Positions 1-9,562 of a DNA stretch of 64,000 bases are shown here, one piece after another. Positions within the stretch are counted from its first letter, which is position 1; every line of letters begins with the position of its first letter. The notes below the pieces were generated by a model that saw nothing but the letters and a program-made list of their open reading frames with translations, was not told the DNA's origin and did not search any database. Position numbers and translations under genes: made by a program. Source of the stretch: Eledone cirrhosa (taxonomy: Eukaryota); assembly GCA_964016885.1 (NCBI GenBank), contig OZ024743.1:84568001-84632000 (forward strand), in the 5' to 3' direction.

Positions 1-174
1 TAGACACTAGTCCTTCATCAGAACATCGAATGAGATGTGAAATAAAGAGTGAGTGATAAGAGGAAGGAACGGATTCAGTCAGCTATTATATATATATATA
101 TATATATAGTCAGTAGGCACCTCTAACAAAATACACCCCGGCCCACTACCCCCACTCCATCCACACCACCCCTT

Positions 175-460
175 TCAATGTAAAGTTATGTTGGTACCAC
201 AGCATCCAGTTCGAAACAAATGAGGGCATGTAGGTGTCACGACAAAAAAACACACAGTCCACGCTGTAATGTGGCCGTGTAGGTAACCCGGTAAAAACCT
301 CCCAGTCCACACTGTAAACGTGGTTGGTGTTAGGAAGGGCATCCAGCCGTAGAAAACCTGCCAGACAGTCCTAAGCAAGACAACCAATCTTGCCTCAAGT
401 GGACAATTCCCGTCCAAACCCATGCTAGCGTGGAAAATGGACGTTAAACGATGATGATGA
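175..460 (+). mobile_element. SINE-like element, family A ((GAT)n tail, internal ~46-48-bp repeats)
   Basis: Contains GGTTGGTGTTAGGAAGGGCATCCAGCCGTAGAAA and ends CATGCTAGCGTGGAAAATGGACGTTAAACGATGATGATGA; the same motifs recur at ~4765-4962, 8595-8750, 42640-42835, 52595-52910, 59770-60100 and 60350-60715. Confidence 0.8.
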
Positions 461-466
461 TATATA

Positions 467-1140
467 TAGCTATGTGGTTAAGGAGTTTGCTTCGCAACAC
501 TGTGGTTCCAGGTTCAGTCCCTCTGTGGGAAACCTAGGGTAAGTAACTTGTGCTATAACCTCAATTGACCAATGCATTGAAGTTCTTCTTCCTCTTTGCC
601 CGCTTATTCCAGGGAGGGTCGTGGGGCAGAGTCCTCAAACACCTCTTCCAGCGGCTCCTGTCAGAAGCAACTGTCTCCAATTGATCTGGCTGGATCCCCA
701 AGCGTGACCAGCCAAGCTCATGGATGTTATCCAACCATCTTTATTGGAGTCTACCCATGGGTCTCTTGGCTGTAAAATATGTCCAGTAATTCTTTCCTGA
801 GACATTCTAACCACATGTCCATAGTATCGGAGCTGTGATCTTTCAATTCGGAGAAGTAACTGCTCAACCTGGAGTGACTCTCTGAGCTACGCACTTTTTT
901 AAGTAACGTTACTGCATTGAAGTTGATATTCAGTCACTGGAAAACCATTGTGTGTGTGTGTGTGTGTGTGTATGTTGTATATGTGTTTGTCTTATAACTT
1001 AGCGGTTAGACCTAAAAAATGAGATAAAACAAGTACCAAACTCGTCAAAAGAAGTACTGAGGGTAATATGGTCAATTAAATCTTTTCAAGGCAGTATGTC
1101 AGCATGACCGCAGAGTCTAATGACTGAAACCAATAAAATA
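467..1140 (+). mobile_element. tRNA-derived SINE, family D, interrupted by an RTE fragment and a (TG)n tract
   Basis: A-box-like TGTGGTTAAG and B-box-like GGTTCAGTCC head; homologous to 46712-46880 (+) and 47695-47835 (-); 3' part GGCAGTATGTCAGCATGACCGCAG..GACTGAAAC resembles 47627-47680 and 60715-60775. Confidence 0.7.
585..912 (-). mobile_element. 5'-truncated RTE-clade (Expander/Rex3-like) LINE 3' fragment with 12-bp TSD
   Basis: TGCATTGAAGTT at 573-584 and 913-924; minus strand encodes ..SWSRLGIQPDQLETVASDRSRWKRCLRTLPHDP.., resembling the RTE C-terminus; (GAA)n tail; homologous to 57998-58477. Confidence 0.85.
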
Positions 1141-1435
1141 GTGTGTGTCTGTATATATACACACAAACACAAGCTACTGGACCATATATTCTATCTCTCA
1201 TCAAACACAAGAAAACTTTCATTTTTCTGTGTGCTGTTATGATCAATTGTAAAATTGATGTTAGGATGAAATCATTGAGCTGGTTGTATCAGGTGACTGA
1301 CAGATGGTGGTGGTGATGGTTGTTATGGTACACACTATATACTGTGTTATATGTATGTGTCTGTGTGAGGGTTTTCTATGTATAAGAATGGTGGTGTGTT
1401 ATGTGGGTATGTCATGTTTGTCAAGTCTCTGTCAT

Positions 1436-3905
1436 TATCATGATCATCATCATTGTTTAACATCTATTTTCCATGCTTTCCTGGTTTAAATGGGTTACTC
1501 TGGACTAGGGCTGACTGGAGAGGAGACCACATCTTGCTTGTTTGCTCTAATTTTGGCTTGGTTTCTATGACCAGATGCCCTTATTAATACCAACCATTTT
1601 ACAAATTGTACAGAGGGCATTTTACTATGACTCCGGCACTACCACCATACTGGGTAGAATAGCAACTTTTTTATTGTGGCACCAGCACTACCACCTGACA
1701 GAGTTGACTGGGTGATGTTCGACATGACACCAGCACTACCACCTGACAGAGTTGACTGGGTGATGTTCGACATGGCACCAGCACTACCACCTGACAGAGT
1801 TGACTGGGTGATGTTCGACATGACACCAGCACTACCACCTGACAGAGTTGACTGGGTGATGTTCGACATGACACCAGAACTACCACCTGACAGAGCTGAC
1901 TAGGTGATGTTCGACATGACACCAGCAATACCACCTGACAGAGTTGACTGGGTGATGTTCGACATGACACTAGCACTACCACCTGACAGAGTTGACTGGG
2001 TGATGTTCGACATGACACCAGAACTACCACCTGACAGAGTTGATTGGGTGATGTTTGACATGACACCAGCACTACCACCTGACAGAGTTGACTGGGTGAT
2101 GTTCGACATGACACCAGCACTACCACCTGACAGAGTTGACTGGGTGATGTTCGACATGACACCAGCACTACCACCTGACAGGGTTGACTGGGTGATGTTC
2201 GACATGACACCAGCACTACCACCTGACAGAGTTGACTGGGTGATGTTCGACATGACACCAGCACTACCACCTGACAGAGTTGACTGGGTGATGTTCGACA
2301 TGACACCAGCACTACCACCTGACAGAGTTGACTGGGTGATGTTCGACATGACACCAGCACTACCACCTGACAGAGTTGACTGGGTGATGTTCGACATGAC
2401 ACCAGCACTACCACCTGACAGAGTTGACTGGGTGATGTTCGACATGACACCAGCACTACCACCTGACAGAGTTGACTGGGTGATGTTCGACATGACACCA
2501 GCACTACCACCTGACAGAGTTGACTGGGTGATGTTCGACATGACACCAGCACTACCACCTGACAGAGTTGACTGGGTGATGTTTGACATGACACCAGCAC
2601 TACCACCTGACAGAGTTGACTGGGTGATGTTCGTCATGACACCAGCACTACCACCTGACAGAGTTGACTGGGTGATGTTCGACATGACACCAGCACTACC
2701 ACCTGACAGAGTTGACTGGGTGATGTTCGACATGACACCAGCACTACCACCTGACAGAGTTGACTGGGTGATGTTGGACATGACACCAGCACTACCACCT
2801 GACAGAGTTGACTGGGTGATGTTCGACATGACACCAGCACTACCACCTGACAGAGTTGACTGGGTGATGTTCGACATGACACCAGCACTACCACCTGACA
2901 GAGTTGACTGGGTGATGTTCGACATGACACCAGCACTACCACCTGACAGGGTTGACTGGGTGATGTTCGACATGACACCAGCACTACCACCTGACAGAGT
3001 TGACTGGGTGATGTTCGACATGACACCAGCACTACCACCTGACAGAGTTGACTGGGTGATGTTCGACATGACACCAGCACTACCACCTGACAGAGTTGAC
3101 TGGGTGATGTTCGACATGACACCAGCACTACCACCTGACAGGGTTGACTGGGTGATGTTCGACATGACACCAGCACTACCACCTGACAGAGTTGACTGGG
3201 TGATGATCGTCATGACACCAGCACTACCACCTGACAGAGTTGACTGGGTGATGTTTGACATGACACCAACACTACCACCTGACAGAGTTGACTGGGTGAT
3301 GTTCGACATGACACTAGCACTACCACCTGACAGAGTTGACTGGGTGATGTTTGACATGACACCAGCACTACCACCTGACAGAGTTGACTGGGTGATGTTC
3401 GACATGACACTAGCACTACCACCTGACAGAGTTGACTGGGTGATGTTCGACATGACACTAGCACTACCACCTGACAGAGTTGACTGGGTGATGTTTGACA
3501 TGACACCAGCACTACCACCTGACAGAGTTGACTGGGTGATGTTTGACATGACACTAGCACTACCACCTGACAGAGTTGACTGGGTGATGTTTGACATGAC
3601 ACCAGCACTACCACCTGACAGAGTTGACTGGGTGATGTTCGTCATGACACTAGCACTACCACCTGACAGAGTTGACTGGGTGATGTTCGACATGACACTA
3701 GCACTACCACCTGACAGAGTTGACTGGGTGATGTTTGACATGACACCAGCACTACCACCTGACAGAGTTGACTGGGTGATGTTCGACATGACACCAGCAC
3801 TACCACCTGACAGGTTGAACTAAGTGCATTATTATCATTACATCAACACTCAGTTTACAGAGTTGTCTGAGTGCTTTTCTGCGTTACACCAGCACTTTAC
3901 AGGGT
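1436..3905 (-). mobile_element. Family A SINE-like copy whose internal repeat has expanded into a minisatellite
   Basis: (CAT)n tail at ~1436-1453, AACATCTATTTTCCATGC and GATGCCCTTATTAATACCAACCA are reverse complements of family A 3' motifs; degenerate internal units continue at 3820-3905. Confidence 0.75.
1675..3820. repeat. 48-bp tandem minisatellite, ~44-45 near-identical copies
   Basis: Unit GACACCAGCACTACCACCTGACAGAGTTGACTGGGTGATGTTCGACAT; 16-aa periodicity in all long ORFs here. Confidence 0.98.
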
Positions 3906-4351
3906 AATGGTGGCCAGGTTAGGGAGGTATTGGTTGATGTGTGGAAGTGTATGAGAGGGGTTGCTGGTCGAGGGGTAGACATCCCACCGTGGGAGAGGAA
4001 GTTATGAGTATATATATATAAATATACGATATATATATATATATATATATGAGAAATTAATCTGTTTGATTTAATTTGATCGGAGGGTAGTTATAAATTG
4101 GCTGACAGGTCGATTAGTGCATTGAGGAAGTAGAACCATCTGCAGATGAAACCACAGCAAAGACATGACAGGAAGGAAATGGAATTGGAACTATGAGCTT
4201 TGACAACTCTAGATAGTTGTGCTATAGGGTAGTTCTCTGTATTTGGTGGATTCTTAGTGTCATAAGGGGGCTTTTCTGACAGTTATTGGATTTGTAGCAT
4301 AGAATACTAATTTGAATAATTATCTTACTGGTCTTAACTAGTCACATCTTA

Positions 4352-4354
<3 letters not shown>

Positions 4355-4406
<52 letters not shown>

Positions 4407-4409
4407 TAT

Positions 4410-4445
<36 letters not shown>

Positions 4446-4495
4446 GCAAGCAGGGAAAAGCGGACGTATGATGATGATGATATATATATATATAG
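4355..4495. repeat. (CT)n and (TA)n microsatellites with a short family A 3' remnant
   Basis: Direct reading; GCAGGGAAAAGCGGACGTATGATGATG at ~4450-4480. Confidence 0.9.
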
Positions 4496-4612
4496 GAAAA
4501 TGTATGACCCCAACGGGGTTATACATTTTCCTATTACCCACTCTACTACCCTAAGTATTGAGTACTCTGGTGCGTTATGGTCCATCTGGTTCCTTACCAC
4601 AACTCCTTTGTT
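4492..4612 (-). mobile_element. Short fold-back insert with AGAGTACTCAATAC motif (putative Penelope-like pLTR remnant)
   Basis: 20-bp inverted arms 4492-4511/4515-4534 (1 mismatch, 3-nt loop); GTATTGAGTACTCT at 4555-4568 is the exact reverse complement of 47422-47435; flanked by (TA)n. Confidence 0.5.
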
Positions 4613-4649
4613 ATATATATATATATATATATACATACATTTACAGTCC

Positions 4650-4962
4650 CATCAGAGCAAGGTAATGTGTGGTTAATCCTGGCCAGACTTGTCGCTCAAC
4701 ATGGACCCATGCCAGCATGGCAAAGTGAACGTTAAACAGTGGTGATGATGATGATATATATTTATTCAGTCCATGCTGTAAATGTGGTTGGCATTAGGAA
4801 AGACATTCAGCTGTAGAAACTAAGCCAGAAACAGTTCTGTATGAGCATGACCCTGTCATCTGACTTAAAATTACCCTTTCATCTGACTTAACATGACTCA
4901 CAACAGGACAACTCATCTAATCCATGCTAACATAAAAAACAGATGCTAACAGTGATGATGAT
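4650..4962 (+). mobile_element. Two consecutive family A SINE-like copies
   Basis: CCCATGCCAGCATGGCAAAGTGAACGTTAAAC..GATGATG ending ~4755; GGTTGGCATTAGGAAAGACATTCAGCTGTAGAAA..CCATGCTAACAT..GATGATGA ending ~4962. Confidence 0.75.
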
Positions 4963-5184
4963 ATATATACACATGCATTCATGTTAGGTCAGTAGAATAT
5001 TGCACACCTAACTTCCACTATCCCTCACTCCACCACAGAAAATTCAATTGTGTATGCTCAATACAGGTTTTCTAATTTGCAGAGCAAAAGATGTTGTGAT
5101 GTTCATGACATTCTTAATGTTGGTCTCTCTCTTTAATTTAGTCACCCTACTTTCAATATGTCTAGAGTTGTTACCTAAAATATT

Positions 5185-5695
5185 AACCTCTTCCCATCAG
5201 AAGGAGGTAGGTCCCATATCTGGGACACCACATGTTGCCATACGTTCTTCACCTCCAACTTAGTCCCTTTGGCCACAAACCCCAGTACTCCTGCCTGCAG
5301 TGCAGAGGAAAGGAAGACAAGCAAATACCGGGGATTGTCTGGCCCCATCTCTTTGCACCGGTATCTGTTGAGACCTCAGGCATACTTGGACCCTGTACTG
5401 CCGAGCTTCTCTGCAAGATTGGAACGTCAGCAGCCCAGAGAGGTGGGGGTGACTACTGTAGAGGGTGTTGTTTGCTATTGTCCGCGGAAATGCTTTTGTG
5501 GTCTTGTCTGCGAGGCACAACCCCCACACAGCCGTGCCTTAGGCCTAGAGCCCATCACCCTCCCCCTTCCCATTCTTCTGTGACCCAAGAGCCCTTGCCG
5601 TTCATTTCATTTTCGGTTTTTAAATATCTGCAGTATTGTTATTTGAAATAGATTTGTTTATCATTAAACAATTAATTTAAGCTGTTAAAAAAAAA
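5185..5695 (+). mobile_element. 5'-truncated CRE-like non-LTR retrotransposon 3' end (restriction-like endonuclease domain), frameshifted
   Basis: Joined frames give FPSEGGRSHIWDTTCCHT..AEERKTSKYRGL..FAPVSVETSGILGPCTAELLCKIG..RVLFAIVRGNAFVV (WDxT, KxxKY, PxxxETxG, RGNA motifs); 3' UTR ends in A9 at 5687-5695. Confidence 0.75.
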
Positions 5696-5854
5696 TGTGA
5701 AGATCAGATTCACTTCCCCTTTGAAATATAAATTAATAAAAATTATAGAGAGAAATGCAAAGTTCTCTACCTTGATCCTCCCAACAAGAATTGACTTTTC
5801 TTCTCATTATGGGAGAAATTTCAGTTGGTCAAAAAATCTTTTTGACTGACTACA

Positions 5855-6510
5855 TTAACTCTTTTTATACCAAAGCACCTACCTGAAACTGTCTCAAGTT
5901 CTATGATACAAAACTACTTATTTAAAAGAGTTTATGTTTATCTAAAAGCCTTCCATAATAATTTTATGAAAGAACCTTTATGTTCTAATTCCCAGGTTAA
6001 CTCTTTAGGGACTGTATTCTAATGAAATGCACTGTATTTCAATGATTTAGTGAAATATTTTGAGGGATTTACTAAAATTATTAGTTATTTCATTATTAAG
6101 ATAGTAACTTATCATATGGCTCTTATATAATATTATGTCGGAAGATTTTGATTTATATAGGAACCCTTTAAAAATGTTTCATAAAACCAGAACTGGGTGG
6201 TTTGGGCCAGAAATTGGAGAGATTTACTAAAATGATTAATTATTTCATTATTATGATAGTAACTTAGGGCGGTGGATTGGCAGTATCGGTAGAGGGTCGG
6301 ACGCTTTACAGCATAGTTACGTCCCTTTACGATCTGAGTTCAAATCCTGCCGAGGTTGACTTTGCCTTTCATCCTTACGGGGTCGATAAAATAAAGTACC
6401 AGTAATGCACTGGGTAATTGCTGGCCTTGTGCCTAAAGTAGAAACAATTATTATGATAGTAACTTCTAGAACCAGAGGAGATTTTGTGTAGGTTTGTATA
6501 CAAAGGGTTA
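5855..6510. mobile_element. Degenerate piggyBac-like MITE (TTAA-CCCTTT-type ends)
   Basis: Left TTAACTCTTTTTATACCAAA..CCTACCTGAAACTGTCTCAAGTTCTA versus the reverse complement of the right end TAACCCTTTGTATACAAACCTACACAAAATCTCCTCTGGTTCTA; same terminus at 54389-54795 and 63551. Confidence 0.5.
6266..6450 (+). mobile_element. tRNA-derived Nin-domain SINE (family B, internally deleted subfamily) with TSD
   Basis: Head TGGCAGTATCGG / GAGTTCAAATCC, core GCCTTTCATCCTTACGGGGTCGATAAAATAAAGTACCAG; ATTATTATGATAGTAACTT duplicated at 6247-6265 and 6447-6465. Confidence 0.9.
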
Positions 6511-6684
6511 TATGTATTTTCTTCTCTGATATTATTTATAAACGCTTCACCCTCAGAGTGAACTAAACCGCTCCTCAACTTGAAAATAACAGTAACAACA
6601 ATGGAATAGAATGGAAGTGGTTTTGTTTTTAACTTTTACCTCAGCAGAGGAGTGTATAGGTGTCTTCTGGTTGGGATTGGGTAT

Positions 6685-7591
6685 AAGTGTGCTCTGATTA
6701 TGTATATACAGGTGAGTGAGTGCATATGTATGTACAAGTGTGGTTGTGTGTGTATGTGTGTATATCTATGTACAGGTGTGTGATTGTGCGTGTTCATATA
6801 TACAGGTGTGTGATTGTATGTGTGTGTACGTATGTACAGGTGTATGATTGTGTGTGTATGTGTGTGTACGTATGTACAAGTGTGTGATTGTGTGTATGTA
6901 TGTACAGGTGTGTGATTGTGTGTGTATGTGTGTGTACGTATGTACAAGTGTATGATTGTGTGTACGTATGTACAGGTGTGTGATTGTGTATATGTTTATG
7001 TATGTACAGGTGTGTGAGTGTATGCATATGTACAAATGTGTCATTGTGTGTATGTATGTATGTACAGGTGTGTGTGTGTGTGTGTGTATGTATGTACAGG
7101 TGTGTGTGTGTGTGTGTATGTATGTACAGGTGTGTGTGGCTGTATATATGTACAGGTATGTGAGTGCATGTATATGTATGTACAAATGTGTTATTGTGTG
7201 TGTATGTATGTACAGGTGTGTGTGGCTGTATATATGTACAGGTATGTGAGTGCATGTATATGTATGTACAAATGTGTTATTGTGTGTGTATAAGTATGTA
7301 CAGCTGTGTGTATGTATGCAAATGACAGGTGTGATTTTGTGTGTGTGTATGTATACATATTTCATTGTCAGTGTATATATATTGCACACACATATATATA
7401 TTTATGTATGTATGTACAGGTGTCATTGTGTGTCTATGCGTATGTATAGATGATTGTGTATGCATACATATGTATGGGTGTGTGTATGTATATGCAAATG
7501 TTTGACTGGAGATTTTCTTGAATGCTTGCATGTATGTGCATATATTAATGTAAATTAATTTAAGTATACATGTGTAAATGTATATATATGC

Positions 7592-7626
<35 letters not shown>

Positions 7627-7837
7627 TGTATGTATGTATATATGTATTTATATGTATGTATATATTTATATGTATGTGTATGTATGTATATGTACGTACA
7701 TGCATGTATGCATGTATATGCATGTATATATGTATATGTACGTACATGCATGTATGTATGTATATTCAAGTATGTATGTATATATATATGCACATATATA
7801 TACCCATGCTAACATGGAAGATGGACGTTAAATGATG

Positions 7838-7889
<52 letters not shown>

Positions 7890-8085
7890 CATACTTACAC
7901 ACACAAACACAAACATGTGTGTTTGTGTTTTTACATAGGTATACTTAAACATCTGTAAGCTTATATAGATAAACATTGTGTGTGTTTGTGTATACTGATA
8001 TACATACACTTTGTATATATGTGTGTGAATACTTATATATAGATGTATGCATATGTTTGTGTGTGTGTGTGTGTGTGTATACACT
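6685..8085. repeat. Compound TG/TA/TATG low-complexity tract (TATGTACAGGTGTGTG-like units)
   Basis: Direct reading; source of the His/Thr/Tyr- and Val/Cys-rich ORFs. Confidence 0.95.
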
Positions 8086-8589
8086 CACGGAGCAGACAGA
8101 CAGGTTTGAAGGGACATCACCAACGAAATCTGGGTATGACTCATAACAGCCTTTGTACCGTTTGACTCATCCCACTGAAATTTTCTTTTACAAACCACGA
8201 CCCAGACCTTGCTTATTATTCTCTTTATATGTATAAATGCATAGGAATGTGTGTACATTATAGATATGTGTGTGTGTGTGTTGTGTGTGTGTGTGTGTAT
8301 TACAGTGTGTGTATGTCTGCATGTAGATTATAGTTGTGTGTGTATGTGTGTACATTACAGGAGTCTGTGTGTCAGAGATTTATAATTTCTATACAATGCA
8401 GAGGTATCGATGAAATTGTCAACAGTGATGAGCAATAATTTACTATTTATACAACATATATATGCAATAATTTACTATAGTAATAATATAGATATATTTC
8501 CATGCCTATTTTCTATACTTGCATGTATATGAACGGACGTAAAACGGTGATGATGATGATGATGATATATATATATGTGTGTGTGTGTG

Positions 8590-8752
8590 TTTGCAAGGGC
8601 ATCCAGCTGTAAAAAAAACCTGCCAAATTAACAGTCACGTTGGAAAAAGGTACAGGATGGCCAATTCTGGCCAGACTTGTCTCTCGACATGGACAACTTG
8701 TCTAATCCATACAAGTATGGAAAATGGACGTTAAACGGTGATGATGATGATA
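8590..8752 (+). mobile_element. Family A SINE-like 3' portion
   Basis: AAGGGCATCCAGCTGTAAAA..GGAAAATGGACGTTAAACGGTGATGATGATGA followed by (TA)n. Confidence 0.8.
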
Positions 8753-9012
8753 TATATATATATTTAATTAAAACAACAGAAGGCCTGACTGGAAATATCT
8801 CTTTAAAGTTTTAATGTTGCAGAAAACGCTATACATATTTCAATGGCCTGCTTACATAAGATCCTGGTGACATCATCAGGTTCAGATTGCATAATTAGTT
8901 AATCAAGAGTGCTTTCCTTACTATTACAAATGGTTAACTAAACAGAATGACCAATTCTACCCATTGGTGTACCATTATATATAAATGTGTATATGTGTAT
9001 ATATATATATAG

Positions 9013-9100
9013 TTTCTGATTTAGGCACAAGGCCCACAATTGTGGGGTAAGGGAAAGTTGATTAAATCAGCCTCACTGCATTACTGGTACTTTATTTTAC
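9013..9100 (-). mobile_element. Family B SINE 3' fragment
   Basis: TTAGGCACAAGGCC..CACTGCATTACTGGTACTTTATTTTA is the reverse complement of the family B 3' half. Confidence 0.75.
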
Positions 9101-9562
9101 AGCCAGATGCCCTTCTTGAAATCGACTCTTTAAGCACCCCTTACAACATGTGGTAATATGATGTACCTGTTCTAAAAACTGGTATACACTTGGCAATATA
9201 AGAAAGGGAAAATTGTTCTAGAGAATGGATCTTACAAACCAGACATCCCTGTTAGCATCAATATAGCTTGGTAGCCATTTGTCTTTCTTCATCCATTCAT
9301 TTCCTTCATCTTTTCGTCTTTCTTCATCCTTTCATCCATTCCTTTTTCTTCTTCATCTATTCATTCTTCTTAATCTTTCATTCCTTGTTTCTCATTCATT
9401 CACACTTCTTGTTGCTACTTGTCTTTTAATATCTCTCTTGCCCCCATCTGTCTTTTAGTCATTCTCACCCTCCCTCTCTCTCATTTCCTCCTTCTGTCTC
9501 ACTCATTCTCCATCTATATATCTTTCCCTCCCTCCTCTCTGTCGCAGCTTCTCTATCACCCA

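Noticed and set aside
1675-3820. CRISPR-like array
   Set aside because: No unique spacers, no cas genes, eukaryotic context; the same applies to all other arrays here
1639-3823. 629-, 639- and 311-aa ORFs with 16-aa repeats
   Set aside because: A 48-bp unit is a multiple of 3 and is open on both strands; it lies within a SINE and has no unique N- or C-terminus
8830-8890. Minus-strand CTGATGA..GAAATATGTA hammerhead-like motif
   Set aside because: Stems I and II cannot be paired convincingly; at best a decayed relic
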